Shown piece after piece: positions 20,057-30,186 of a stretch of 64,000 nt of DNA. Below the pieces are notes generated by a model. That model saw only the letters and a program-made list of their open reading frames with translations. It was not told the DNA's origin and made no database searches. The stretch lies in NCBI GenBank assembly GCA_965224245.1, contig OZ245046.1, forward strand, positions 3,584,001-3,648,000, given 5' to 3'. A program made the translations under genes and the position numbers. Source of the stretch: Candidatus Eiseniibacteriota bacterium. Lineage in GTDB: Bacteria > Eisenbacteria > RBG-16-71-46 > CAZAMP01. The stretch's first letter is position 1, and every line of letters starts with the position of its first letter.

Positions 20057-21985
20057 TCACCCGCCAGAGAGCCCGGCCCCCGCGACTCGCCCGTCCCCGG
20101 CCCGGCGGGTCCACCCGACCCGATCGCAGTACTCGAGGATCGGCACCGCATGCTTTCGCGACACGCCGTCCAGGACATCCTTCGCGTCGCCGACCGATAG
20201 GGTCTCGTGCTCGGTGAAGAACCGGCGGAGCCGCTCGCGCAGCTCGAGGACCCGCGCCGACGTGAACGCGTACTCGTTGGAGATCTGGACCAGCCGCCCC
20301 TCGAACACGAGCCGTGCGATCAGGTCGGGTCCTTGCTCCACGCCGAGGGTCTTGATGACGTGCGACAGCAGCGACACCGCGAACCCCTCGGCCTCCAGCC
20401 GCTCGTCGATCGCCCCGGCCAGCGAGGCGACCTCGTCGGGCAACGCGTCGGACTGGTCGACGTCGGCGATCTGCTCGCCACGCTCCCGCACGCGGCCGGC
20501 TTCGACCGCGCGGCGCCGGGCCGCGTCGAACAGGGCCGGGTTCATGTCCCTGCCCAGACGCCCCTTCAGCTCTCCGATGCCGATCCCCCAGCGGTAAGGG
20601 TGCTCCCGGTGGTGGAGGGCGATCTCGGCCGCCACCCGATCCACCGCCTCGTCGAGCGCGGACTGGAGGAACAGCCGATTCTCTCCCACGACGCGTCCGG
20701 CGTCGCGTGCCTCGGCGGCCAGCGCCGCGAACTCGGGTGCCGGCATCCCGAGCGAGGCCCGGAGGTTCTTGGCGCTCTCCCCGTCGAGCCCGGCGACCCC
20801 CAGCAGATCGCACAGCCGATCCACCGGGGTGCCCTCCTCGAGCCGTCGCAGCTCGGCGGCCGGATCTCCGTGGTGGCGGCGCCGCTTGGCCGCCACCGGG
20901 ACCACGATGGTGCCGCCGCCGATCGTGCGCATCGGGGAGTACGAACGCACGACGAACCGGTCGCCGGCCTCGGCCACGCCCGGCGATTCCAGGCGCAGCT
21001 GCACCGGCGCGCGCTGGCCGGGCTCGATCTCGTCCCGGTCGAGCAGCACCAATCGGGCCAGGAGCTCCGAGGCCCCGATGTGGACCCTCACGCGAGCCCG
21101 ATTGGCCAGCGCCTTGGGCGCGCTCGGCAGGAGCCGGAACCACGCGTCCATCATGTGCGAGCTCGTCAGCACGTCGGACTTGACCACCCACGCGCCGCGA
21201 TGGAGGCGATCCTTCTCCACCCGATGCAGGCTCAGGGCGACCCGCTGCCCGGCGCTCGCGCGCTCGACCTCGGTGTCGTGCACCTGCACCGTCTTCACGC
21301 GGGTCTCGATGCCCTCGGGGAGGACGACGACGGGATCCCCCACGCCGAGGCTCCCGTTCCAGAGCGTACCCGTGACCACGGTGCCGAACCCCTGAAGCGT
21401 GAAGATCCGATCCACGGGAAGCCGCGTCTCGCGCCCCCGCGCGACGAACGCCTCGTCTGCGAGCCGGCTCTCGATCTCACGCCGCACGTCGGCGACGCCC
21501 TCGCCGGTCTTGGCCGAGCACCGCACGATCGGCTTTCCCTCGAAGACGGTGCCGGCGATCACGTTGGTGATGTCGGCGTCCACGATGTCGAGCCACTCGT
21601 CGTCGGGGACGAGGTCGGTCTTCGTGACCACGACGAAGCCGTCGGGGATGTCGAGGAGGTTCACGATCTCGAGGTGCTCGCGCGTCTGGGGCATGACGCC
21701 CTCGTCGGCGGCCACCACCAGCAGCACCAGATCCATGCCGCCGGCGCCGGCGAGCATCTGCTTGACGAAGCGCTCGTGTCCGGGCACGTCGACGATGCCC
21801 ACGCGGCGCCCGGACGGAAGATCCAGAAACGCGAAGCCCAGCTCGATCGAGATCCCGCGCTTCTTCTCCTCGGGGAGCCGATCGGTGTGGATGCCGGTCA
21901 GGCGCTCGATGAGCGCGCTCTTCCCGTGGTCGATGTGCCCGGCGGTGCCGACGATGGCGGCTCTGGCGACGGTGGCGGAGCTCAT
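20057..21985 (-). CDS. selB: Selenocysteine-specific translation elongation factor SelB
   Basis: GTAGHIDHGKS, DRLPEEKKRGISIELGF, DVPGHERFVKQMLAGAGG, RSYSPMRTIGGG, and the C-terminal winged-helix SRKHAVPILEYCD. Confidence 0.96.
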   Translation of the reverse strand: MSSATVARAAIVGTAGHIDHGKSALIERLTGIHTDRLPEEKKRGISIELGFAFLDLPSGRRVGIVDVPGHERFVKQMLAGAGGMDLVLLVVAADEGVMPQTREHLEIVNLLDIPDGFVVVTKTDLVPDDEWLDIVDADITNVIAGTVFEGKPIVRCSAKTGEGVADVRREIESRLADEAFVARGRETRLPVDRIFTLQGFGTVVTGTLWNGSLGVGDPVVVLPEGIETRVKTVQVHDTEVERASAGQRVALSLHRVEKDRLHRGAWVVKSDVLTSSHMMDAWFRLLPSAPKALANRARVRVHIGASELLARLVLLDRDEIEPGQRAPVQLRLESPGVAEAGDRFVVRSYSPMRTIGGGTIVVPVAAKRRRHHGDPAAELRRLEEGTPVDRLCDLLGVAGLDGESAKNLRASLGMPAPEFAALAAEARDAGRVVGENRLFLQSALDEAVDRVAAEIALHHREHPYRWGIGIGELKGRLGRDMNPALFDAARRRAVEAGRVRERGEQIADVDQSDALPDEVASLAGAIDERLEAEGFAVSLLSHVIKTLGVEQGPDLIARLVFEGRLVQISNEYAFTSARVLELRERLRRFFTEHETLSVGDAKDVLDGVSRKHAVPILEYCDRVGWTRRAGDGRVAGAGLSGG

Positions 21986-22149
21986 GGGAGGGCATTCTAC
22001 CGGCCGGCACGAGCCTGAGCCAGCGTGGCAGGCGGCGACGCACCGGCGCCGCCTGGACGCGCGCGCGTGCGGTCATCCCCGATCCGGGGAGGTCGGGGCC
22101 GTCGCGGGAGCACGGCCGTCGGGAAACGAGAGGCGCGGAACGATGACGG

Positions 22150-23418
22150 CTAGTCGTCGCCGTTCGGGTCCTCTTCGCGCCGGATCTCGGCGCCCAGCCC
22201 GCACAGCTTGTCGACCATGCCCTCGTAGCCGCGATCGAGGTGGTGCACGTGCGTCACGTGCGTCTCGCCCTCGGCCACCAGCGCCGCCAGCACCAGCGAC
22301 GCGCTGGCCCGGAGATCCTTGGAGCGCACGTAGGCCCCGGACAGCTCGGGAACGCCGACCACCACCGCCGACGAGCCGTCGATCGTGATGTCGGCGCCGA
22401 GGCGCACGAGCTCGTCGACGTGCGCAAAGCGATCGCTGTAGATCGTCTCGGTGATGACGCTGGTGCCGTCGGCGCGGGTCAGGAACGCCATGATCTGCGC
22501 CTGGAGATCGGTCGGAAAGCCCGGGAAGACCTCCGTGATCACGTCGTGGGCGCGAGGGCGGCCGCATCCCCGGACCTCGATCGCATCGTCGGACTCGGTG
22601 ATCTGAACGTCCATCGAGCGCAGGAGGGCGACCAGCGCCGCCAGGTGCTCGGGGTTGACGTCGGCCACGCGCACGCGGCCACCGGCCATGGCCCCCGCGA
22701 TCACGTAGGTGCCGGCCTCGATCCGATCGGGGATGTTCTGAAAGGTCACCGGCCGGAGCTCGGCCACACCGTCGATGGTCAGCGTCTTCGTCCCCAGGCC
22801 GCGGATCTCGCCGCCCATCGCGCGCAGACACTGGCCGAGGGCGACGACCTCGGGCTCGATGGCGCAGTTCGTCAGCACCGTCTGGCCCTCGGCGAGAACC
22901 GAGGCCATCAGGAGCTGGGCGGTGGCCCCGACGCTCGAGGTCTCGAAGTGAAAGTGCGTGCCCCGCAATCGCTCGGCCTCGGCCACGACGTAGCCGTGAT
23001 CCACGTCGATCGTGGCCCCCAGCGCCTCGAGGCCCCGGAGATGCAGATCCACCGGCCGCGGTCCCCACGCGCATCCGCCGGGCAGCGACACGCGCGCCCG
23101 CCCGAGCCGGGCCAGGAGCGGCCCCAGCACGTAGAACGAGGCCCGCATCCGGCTCACCAGCTTGTAGTGGGCCTCGTGAGCGGTGATCGACGAGGCGTCG
23201 ACCGTGAGAGACGCGGCGTCCCGATGCACGTCGACACCGAGCGATCGCAGCAGCTCGGCCATCGTCTCGACGTCGTTGAGGCATGGCACGCGGGTCAGCG
23301 TGCTCGTTCCCGGCGCCAGAAGGAATGCGGTCATGATCGGCAGGACCGCGTTCTTCGCGCCGGCGACGTGTACCGTACCGTCGAGGGTGCGGCCACCTCG
23401 TATGACGATCTTTTCCAT
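22150..23418 (-). CDS. murA: UDP-N-acetylglucosamine 1-carboxyvinyltransferase
   Basis: GAKNAVLP, RMRAS, LPGGCAWGPRPVDLH, SVGAT, PGFPTDLQAQ, DLRASA, HLDRGYE; start MEKIVIRGG. Confidence 0.96.
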   Translation of the reverse strand: MEKIVIRGGRTLDGTVHVAGAKNAVLPIMTAFLLAPGTSTLTRVPCLNDVETMAELLRSLGVDVHRDAASLTVDASSITAHEAHYKLVSRMRASFYVLGPLLARLGRARVSLPGGCAWGPRPVDLHLRGLEALGATIDVDHGYVVAEAERLRGTHFHFETSSVGATAQLLMASVLAEGQTVLTNCAIEPEVVALGQCLRAMGGEIRGLGTKTLTIDGVAELRPVTFQNIPDRIEAGTYVIAGAMAGGRVRVADVNPEHLAALVALLRSMDVQITESDDAIEVRGCGRPRAHDVITEVFPGFPTDLQAQIMAFLTRADGTSVITETIYSDRFAHVDELVRLGADITIDGSSAVVVGVPELSGAYVRSKDLRASASLVLAALVAEGETHVTHVHHLDRGYEGMVDKLCGLGAEIRREEDPNGDD

Positions 23419-23642
23419 CGGCTGCTCCGGGTCGCGCGACAGGGCGAGCGTCTCCGGTGCGTGATGGGCATCGTAGGGGGAACTCACGCTGGAGTGAATA
23501 CCCACAGGCTTCGTCGATCGCAAGGGAATTCTCGCTCCGTCGTTGAGGACGCGGACGTGGAGCGGGTGTGTGCCCCGGAGAAACGAGGAGCACTCGAGCG
23601 CTGGCAAGTACTCAGTTGTACAGTCGGAGGGATCGGGAGGTT

Positions 23643-24533
23643 TCATGAGCTCGATTCGCGCGCGGGGCGGTCGCTCCGAGCCCACGACACGTCGGCGCCC
23701 TCGTAGTGCAAGGTGTGCGTGCGGAAGCCGACCTTCTCGTACGCGCGCCGGGCCGCATGGTTGTCCGCGGCCACGTTCAGCACGACGAGGTCGACCCGAT
23801 CCGCCAGCCTCCTGCAGAGCTCGGCGGTGACCGCCGTCCCCAGCCCCCGGCCTCGACACGCGGACAGGGTCACGATGTCGCCCAGCGCGGCCACGCGCCG
23901 GGCCTCGGAGACCACGTGGGTTCCCCCGATCGCGACGATCTCCGACCCGGCGGCGGACCCGGCCGCGAGATCGCCGGCGGTCGCAGGACGGTGCTCGGCG
24001 CCCACGTAGAGGCTCTCGGCCAGGCGATGCTCGGAGAATGCGTTCTCGGCGTACTCGCGGTAGAGCACCCGGGCGGCGGCGGTGTCCGACGGTCCGAGGC
24101 GGCGGAGCGTCACGCCGTGCGGGAGCGCCGGGATCTCGAGGCTCAGGTCCGGGGTCGCGGTCACCCCGGGGGCGAGTGGAGCCGGCCCGGTGGCGAGCCA
24201 CATCCGGACGTGCGGTACGAGGTCGCCGGTCACGAGCGGCGCCACGCCCGCGCGATGGGTGTCCGGAAGGTGGAGGTCGGTCCGGGACGCGATCGCGGGC
24301 AGCGTGCGGAGGAGCCCGGGCGCCGGGTCGGGGTCGCCGAAGAGCAGCACGGACGCCCAGTCGTCGATGCGAAACGCGAGGGCGAGCGCGCGATCGCCCG
24401 GCTCGGTCACGAACCACCGGCAACGCGAGAAGTACGGCTCGTCCAGATCGCCGAGGGCGTAGGCGCCCCAGATTCGATCGGCGTTCAGGATCCGCTCGAT
24501 CCGATCGCGGTCGCTCGTCTCGACGACGTTCAC
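23643..24533 (-). CDS. GNAT family N-acetyltransferase
   Basis: GDIVT...RGRGLG acetyl-CoA motif; LNV..DN.AARRAYEKVGF. Confidence 0.88.
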   Translation of the reverse strand: MNVVETSDRDRIERILNADRIWGAYALGDLDEPYFSRCRWFVTEPGDRALALAFRIDDWASVLLFGDPDPAPGLLRTLPAIASRTDLHLPDTHRAGVAPLVTGDLVPHVRMWLATGPAPLAPGVTATPDLSLEIPALPHGVTLRRLGPSDTAAARVLYREYAENAFSEHRLAESLYVGAEHRPATAGDLAAGSAAGSEIVAIGGTHVVSEARRVAALGDIVTLSACRGRGLGTAVTAELCRRLADRVDLVVLNVAADNHAARRAYEKVGFRTHTLHYEGADVSWARSDRPARESSS

Positions 24534-24542
24534 GGCGATCGG

Positions 24543-25601
24543 CTAGCCGAATGGATCGAATGGCGTGTCCGGCCGGAGGCCCTTCGCGAACGTCGCCAGG
24601 AGGTCGGCGATCTGCTCCAGGTCCTTCAACGAGACGACCTCGACCGGCGAGTGCATGTAGCGGCTGGGCACGCTCACGATCCCCAGCGGAACGCCGCCGC
24701 GCGACCGGTAGATCGGATCGCCGTCGGTTCCCGTGCGCCCCTCGAGGATCTCGTACTGGAGCGGGATCTTCTTCTTCCCGGCCGCCCTCTCCAGCAGTGC
24801 CACCACGCTCTCGTTGAGCCGGGGTCCGCGCGCCACGGCGGGCCCCTTGCCGAGCGCGATCGAGCTCGACTCCTTGGCGTCCACGTCGGGCTGATCGGTC
24901 GCGAACGTGACGTCGATCGCGATCGCGACGTCGGGCTCGAGCTCGAACGCCGCGGTGGCCGCGCCGTCGCCGCCGATCTCCTCACCCACCGTGGACAGGG
25001 CGATCACGCAGGCCTTCGGGTCACGCGATCCGAGCCGCCGGAGCGCCTCGGCCGCACAGAACACGCCGGTGCGGTTGTCCATCGCCTTCGAGCTGACCCG
25101 ATCGCGGCTCAGCTGGGTGAGCCCGCGCCGGAACGTGATCGGATCGCCCGCGCGCACGCGCTTCTCGGCCTCGGACCGCGACGCGGCGCCGATGTCGACG
25201 TAGATCTCCTCGATCTTGGGGACCTTGCCGCGCTCGGCTTGCAGGTGCACGGGCTTGCGTCCCACGACGCCGTGGACCAGCCCCTTCTTCGTGTGGATCT
25301 CCACGACCTGCCCCAGCACGACGCCCACGTCGATCCCCCCGAGCGCGCGGACGTAGACGTACCCGGCATCGTTCACGTGGTGCACGATGAGACCGATCTC
25401 GTCGGCGTGGCCGGTGACGATGACGCGAGGCGATCCGGCCGGATTGCGAACGGCGGCCACCGAGCCGTGCGCGAGCTCGACGATCTGGTCCGCGACGGGC
25501 TCGACGTGGTCGCGAAACACCTCCTGGACGGCGCCCTCGGCGCCGACGGGTCCGGGGGCCTCCACCAATCGTCTGAGAAACTCGAGCGTGGCCTTCTGCA
25601 C
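24543..25601 (-). CDS. M42 family metallo-aminopeptidase
   Basis: GHADEIG, YVDIGA, KAMDNR.G, GEEIG, AIDVT, GTDGD, RYMHSPVE. Confidence 0.93.
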   Translation of the reverse strand: MQKATLEFLRRLVEAPGPVGAEGAVQEVFRDHVEPVADQIVELAHGSVAAVRNPAGSPRVIVTGHADEIGLIVHHVNDAGYVYVRALGGIDVGVVLGQVVEIHTKKGLVHGVVGRKPVHLQAERGKVPKIEEIYVDIGAASRSEAEKRVRAGDPITFRRGLTQLSRDRVSSKAMDNRTGVFCAAEALRRLGSRDPKACVIALSTVGEEIGGDGAATAAFELEPDVAIAIDVTFATDQPDVDAKESSSIALGKGPAVARGPRLNESVVALLERAAGKKKIPLQYEILEGRTGTDGDPIYRSRGGVPLGIVSVPSRYMHSPVEVVSLKDLEQIADLLATFAKGLRPDTPFDPFG

Positions 25602-25774
25602 GACGCGCCTCCGCGGGCTTGGGGATTCGGAACGAGCCCGTGGAGTCTACCCGACCGGTCGCCTCGGGTCCCGCAATCAGTGGCGGCACGCGGTCCTGCG
25701 CGACGTCGAGCGGGATCCTCGGCGCGGCGAGTGCTAGACTGGCGCTTCACGTCCTCCCATCGAGGCTCACCGAC

Positions 25775-27352
25775 ATGTCTCTTCCGATCGTCGACGACGT
25801 CGCGTTCCCGGATGCAGTCCGCGTCGCCCGCCTCGCGAACGCCCCCGAGGGTGCCGAGGCGCGACGGCTCCGCGCTCTCGCCGGACGTCTCGACGAGCGC
25901 GCGGCTTCGGGTGACCCGACGACCTCGACCCGCGCCGCGACGCCTCCGATGCGCGTCACGCCCACGATCGTCGTCGCGAGCGCGGCGGGCGGACGTCCGA
26001 CACCCGAGGACCTCGTCGAGGCGGCATCGCGGCTGCCGGTCCTCGGCGAGCGACGTCATCTGCGTGTCCGGCGCGGCGGCGCTCCCGGCGTGGATGTCGC
26101 ACTCCCCGCCGCTCGGGACGCCTGGCCGGCGATTCTAGCGCAGGCCGCCTCGGACGCGCCGGCGCCCGGCACGCTCATCGAGAGCCCGACCCCGGATGCG
26201 GGCGAGGAGTGGCTCGTGCAGGGGATCACGGCCCGCGCTCACGGGGATCGCGTCTACCCCCTAGTCTCGGGCACCCTGCTGAGCACGAATGCCTACCCGA
26301 TCTCCTACATGTCGCCCGCCGACGGGGTCGCGCACGTCGTGCTGGGCCTCGGACAGGCGCACGACACGCGGGCCGACGCGCTGCGGTTCTCGCCGAAGCA
26401 CCCCGACCTGATGCCCGACTTCAGCACGCCGGCCGACGTGGCCAGGCACAGTCAACGACGCTTCGAGGCGTTCACCCCGGAGGGCCCGCGGCCGACCGCA
26501 CACGAGCTGGAGGTCGCCAGGGGAGACGGCACGCTGGCCAGGGTCGGCGGCGTCGTGTCGTGGGAGACCGGCACCGTGTACCCGGGTATTCGACGGCCCG
26601 GGATGCCGGTGGTCACGTTCGCGATGATGCGGCAGGGCACGCCGTTCTCCCTTCCGCTGCTGCTCACGGAGCTGCACGCGACGCTCACCACCGCGGCCTC
26701 GGTGGGCTTCGCGATCGCGGCGGATCCGCCGCTCGTGGTCGAGAGCCTGTTCGAGGCACCCGCATCGCCGCGCGGATCCGCCGTCGCCCAGACCGATCGG
26801 GACGTCACGGCCGACGAGGACATCGCGGTCGACGAGGACGCGGTGCTCGTGCGCTCGGCCACGGCGCTCGGGGTCGGAGCGTACCGCGACATCCGCGACG
26901 TCGTGTTCGTCACGCCATCCGGGTTCGACATCGCGCGATCCCGCGAGATGGGCGCCGCGATCGCCGAGGCCAACCGGACCTGTCAGGACGACGGACGCCG
27001 GTACGTGCTGATCGTCTCCGGTCGTCTCGGGTCCACCGACGAGTGGCTGGGGATCCCGCTGGACTGGGCCGACGTCTCCTCGGCGGCCGTGCAGGTGGAG
27101 GTCGCTCTGGAGGACTTCAACGTGGACGCCTCTCGCGGAACGCACTTCTTCCGGCAGATGGTCGTGAACCACGTGGGTTTCGTCCACGTCAGCCGCTCGG
27201 GCCGCGACGACGGGGTCGCGTGGGATCGACTCGAGGCCCTGGGCGCCCGGGACCTGGGGGCCGGCGTGCGTCACGCGCGCCTCGAGGCGCCGCTCGTGGT
27301 CCGGGCGGACGGCGTCGCTGGGCGCGCGCTCATCGCGCTCGGCGGGTCGTGA
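25775..27352 (+). CDS. Degenerate, truncated paralog of the PEP/pyruvate-binding-domain (PPDK_N-like) protein
   Basis: Aligns by eye to the C-terminal half of 38877..41315: HGDRVYP..SG...S.N.YP, GLG, SQRRF, GRLGSTD.WLGIP..WADVS, SRGTHFF. The GGK, VRSSS and QxRP ATP-grasp motifs are absent. Confidence 0.7.
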   Translation: MSLPIVDDVAFPDAVRVARLANAPEGAEARRLRALAGRLDERAASGDPTTSTRAATPPMRVTPTIVVASAAGGRPTPEDLVEAASRLPVLGERRHLRVRRGGAPGVDVALPAARDAWPAILAQAASDAPAPGTLIESPTPDAGEEWLVQGITARAHGDRVYPLVSGTLLSTNAYPISYMSPADGVAHVVLGLGQAHDTRADALRFSPKHPDLMPDFSTPADVARHSQRRFEAFTPEGPRPTAHELEVARGDGTLARVGGVVSWETGTVYPGIRRPGMPVVTFAMMRQGTPFSLPLLLTELHATLTTAASVGFAIAADPPLVVESLFEAPASPRGSAVAQTDRDVTADEDIAVDEDAVLVRSATALGVGAYRDIRDVVFVTPSGFDIARSREMGAAIAEANRTCQDDGRRYVLIVSGRLGSTDEWLGIPLDWADVSSAAVQVEVALEDFNVDASRGTHFFRQMVVNHVGFVHVSRSGRDDGVAWDRLEALGARDLGAGVRHARLEAPLVVRADGVAGRALIALGGS

Positions 27353-28227
27353 CGCCGCGTACGAACATCCCGATTCCGAGGCGGCTCAGGCCGCCACCCC
27401 TCGAAACCCCCACCTCACGCGCACGCCGATCCGGCGTCGCCGTCGCCGCGCTGCTGGTAGCCGCGGCGCTGGCGCTCGCGTCGATGGCCGGCTGCGCCGG
27501 GCTCACGACGACCCGGGATCGGACGCTCGAGCCCGATCCGGGCCGGCGCGAGCAGGGCTCGCCAGTGGTCTCGGCGCTCACGAGCCCCACCACGTGGCTT
27601 CCCATCGGACTCGCGCTCGCGCTCCAGATCGACAACGCGGATCACCGCATCGGGCGGTGGGCCGACCGCGCGACGCCGGTCTTCGGCTCGCGACGGCGGG
27701 CCGCCGATGCCAGCGAGACGCTGAGGACGACGGCCGGCGCGCTGTGGATCGCCAGTGCGATCGCGATGCCATCCCCGAGGCGCGGCATCGGAGGCTGGCT
27801 CATCTCGAAGACCGAGCTCGCCGCCGTCGGTGCCGGTGCCAGCGCCCTCACCACCACCAGCGTGGAGATCCTCAAGCGCAACACCGGACGCGAGCGACCC
27901 GACGGCAGCAACGACCGGAGCCTGCCGTCGGGACACGCGGCCAGTGCGACCGTGTTCGTGACCCTGGCCTCCGCCAACGCGTCGCATCTGGGCCTGTCCC
28001 CGCCCATCGGGGTGCTCGTGCGGGCCGGCTGCGGGCTGTCGGCGGCCGGCGCGGCGTGGGCACGGGTTGAGGCCCGAAAGCACTACCCATCGGACGTGCT
28101 GGTGGGCGCCGCGATTGGCCACCTCCTGGGGTCGGCCCTGACGGGGCTCGTGGATCCCGCCCGGGACGGGCACGTCGCCATCCACGTCGCGACGGAGCCG
28201 CGGCTGTCGGTGGACGTCCGGTTCTAG
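27349..28227 (+). CDS. PAP2 family membrane phosphatase (possible lipoprotein)
   Basis: KRNTGRERP, PSGH and RVEARKHYPSDV motifs; lipobox-like MAGC; GTGA overlap with the upstream gene. Confidence 0.85.
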   Translation: MTPRTNIPIPRRLRPPPLETPTSRARRSGVAVAALLVAAALALASMAGCAGLTTTRDRTLEPDPGRREQGSPVVSALTSPTTWLPIGLALALQIDNADHRIGRWADRATPVFGSRRRAADASETLRTTAGALWIASAIAMPSPRRGIGGWLISKTELAAVGAGASALTTTSVEILKRNTGRERPDGSNDRSLPSGHAASATVFVTLASANASHLGLSPPIGVLVRAGCGLSAAGAAWARVEARKHYPSDVLVGAAIGHLLGSALTGLVDPARDGHVAIHVATEPRLSVDVRF

Positions 28228-28252
28228 TCGTGCCCGCCCCGCACGGCGCGTC

Positions 28253-29845
28253 TCATCTGACGACGACCATCCCGACCCTCGAGCGTGCGCCTCCGGCGTC
28301 GAGCGTGGCCCAGTAGACGCCACTCGCCCCGTGGGGCACGTCCCAGAGGATCGGTTCGCCCCCGGTCACCGCGAATCGGTCCACGCGACGGCCCGTCGCG
28401 TCGAAGACGCTCAACGTGCCGGCGCCCGTGGGTAGCGCATGGAACGTGAGCCGGGCCACGTCGCGAACCGGACTCGGCGAGACCCGGAGCGCGATACGCT
28501 CTCCGGACGCTCCGCCGGCCGGTGGGACGGCGACCGTCGCCGCATCGTAGCGGATCGTGCAGATGTCGAGGTTTCGGGGTACGCCGAGATCGCTGGCGCC
28601 GGCGACGATCACGTCACCGCCCCCGGTGAGCGCGATCGCCGTCGCCGAGTCGTCGCCGCCGGGACCCTCGTAGGTCGCCGACCAGACCTCCTGGCCGTCC
28701 GGATCCAGCCCGACGGTGAGAATGTCCTGGTCGCCCAGGAACCGGTAGCCGGTCAGATACCAGTTCCCGGCGGCGTCCACGGCCGACGCTTGCGGCCGCG
28801 CGTTTCCGCCCCCGCCGAAGTCGTAGGCCCACCGCTCGACCCCATTGGGGTCGTAGCTGACCACGAGGCCGCTCCAGCATCCGACGACCGTGTTCCCGGA
28901 CGCGTCGAGCGCAATCGTGCTCCCGACCTCGCCCGCGTGGGAGAAGCTCGACCACCGCTCGGTGCCGTCGGCGTCGTAGGAGACCGTGGTCAGGACATAC
29001 GTGCTGCCGGCACCGACGGTGTAGCCCGTCACGTAGGCGTTCCCGTCCGTGTCGACGGCCAGCGCGTGCGCGTGATCGTGGGAGTGGAGGCTGCCGTCCA
29101 CGAAGGCGACCCACTCCTGGTTGCCGGCGACGTCGTACTTGATCGTGACCCAGTCGTAGAAGCCCGAGGATCGGATGCTCTGACCCGTCACGTAGACGCT
29201 GCCGGCGGGCCCCAGCGCAACGTCGCCGGCGGAATCGGTCCCGTAGCCCCCGTGGTAGGTCGCACTCCAGGCGAGGGTTCCCTCGCGGTCGTAGGTCAGC
29301 GTGATCATGTCGGTCACGGTGCCGGGACTGTAGCTCCCGCCGACCACGTGAACGGTCCCGTCGGCGCCAACCGCCATGGCGGCCGCACCGTCTGTCCGGT
29401 CGGCGGGACCGTTCCAGCGTCGCGCCCAGAGCTCGATGCCATCCGGGTCGTACTTCACGGTGGCGACGTCGAGATCGGTCGTGGGGCCGGGGCTGGAGCC
29501 GCTCACGTACACGTTGTCGTCGGCGTCGACCGCGACGCCGACCGGCTCGTCGTTGAACGACAGCCCCGGACCGTTGTACCGGGCGACCCACACGAGCTCA
29601 CCGTTGCCGTCGAGCTTCAGCGTGGCGTACTCGTACGTGTAGTCGAATCCCGGGAGAAAGCCCAGGCTCTGGCCCGTGACGATGACGTGACCGCCGGAGT
29701 CGACGGTGACCGCGCGGCCGGTGTCGTGACCGCCGATGTTGTCGTAGAGCTCGACCCACTCCTCGATCACGTCGGCCGCCGCGGATACGACGAGGAGAGA
29801 GCCGAGGAGCCAGATCAGGATCGCGCGGCGAGTCCGGTGATGCAT
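28253..29845 (-). CDS. Secreted SBBP-type beta-propeller repeat protein with C-terminal FlgD-Ig/T9SS-like domain
   Basis: Signal peptide; about 7 repeats of (A/V)VD..G.VYVTG....D..T.KYD..G...W; C-terminal SPSP..VFDATGRRV..SGVYW. Confidence 0.87.
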   Translation of the reverse strand: MHHRTRRAILIWLLGSLLVVSAAADVIEEWVELYDNIGGHDTGRAVTVDSGGHVIVTGQSLGFLPGFDYTYEYATLKLDGNGELVWVARYNGPGLSFNDEPVGVAVDADDNVYVSGSSPGPTTDLDVATVKYDPDGIELWARRWNGPADRTDGAAAMAVGADGTVHVVGGSYSPGTVTDMITLTYDREGTLAWSATYHGGYGTDSAGDVALGPAGSVYVTGQSIRSSGFYDWVTIKYDVAGNQEWVAFVDGSLHSHDHAHALAVDTDGNAYVTGYTVGAGSTYVLTTVSYDADGTERWSSFSHAGEVGSTIALDASGNTVVGCWSGLVVSYDPNGVERWAYDFGGGGNARPQASAVDAAGNWYLTGYRFLGDQDILTVGLDPDGQEVWSATYEGPGGDDSATAIALTGGGDVIVAGASDLGVPRNLDICTIRYDAATVAVPPAGGASGERIALRVSPSPVRDVARLTFHALPTGAGTLSVFDATGRRVDRFAVTGGEPILWDVPHGASGVYWATLDAGGARSRVGMVVVR

Positions 29846-30186
29846 GAGCGCACCTCCCGTGGTCGACCACCCCTCGTTCGGCGAGCGTTGACCCCATCAG
29901 GATAACGCCGTTGTGGTCCGCGAGCCCACCCGGATCGGACCGAGGCCCGGCAAGACGTGGGATCGGACCGCACCCGGGTGCGATCCGCTCCGATCGCATC
30001 CGTGGAGCGAGTCCGTGGGTCGGCGTGCGGCTCCCGAGCCCACGTGGACGTCGCACTCGCGGCCGCGGGCGAAGGGGAATGGTGCGCATGCATCATGGCC
30101 GCCGGGGACGCGCATGGGCGATGCTCGACCTCGGACGCCGCCCGATGTGCTCCCGGCCCGTGGGATGTCCCGCGAGGAACGAGGCG

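Noticed and set aside
19965-22149. tRNA-Sec (selC) near selB
   Set aside because: No cloverleaf with a TCA anticodon and T-loop was seen by eye in the flanks or elsewhere in the window; a tRNAscan or Secmarker run would be definitive.
29846-30186. Structured ncRNA or riboswitch in GC-rich intergenic regions (also 215-585, 15286-15552, 47663-47952)
   Set aside because: Hairpins are present, but no recognisable family motif; they cannot be told apart from GC-rich background without an Rfam or covariation search.
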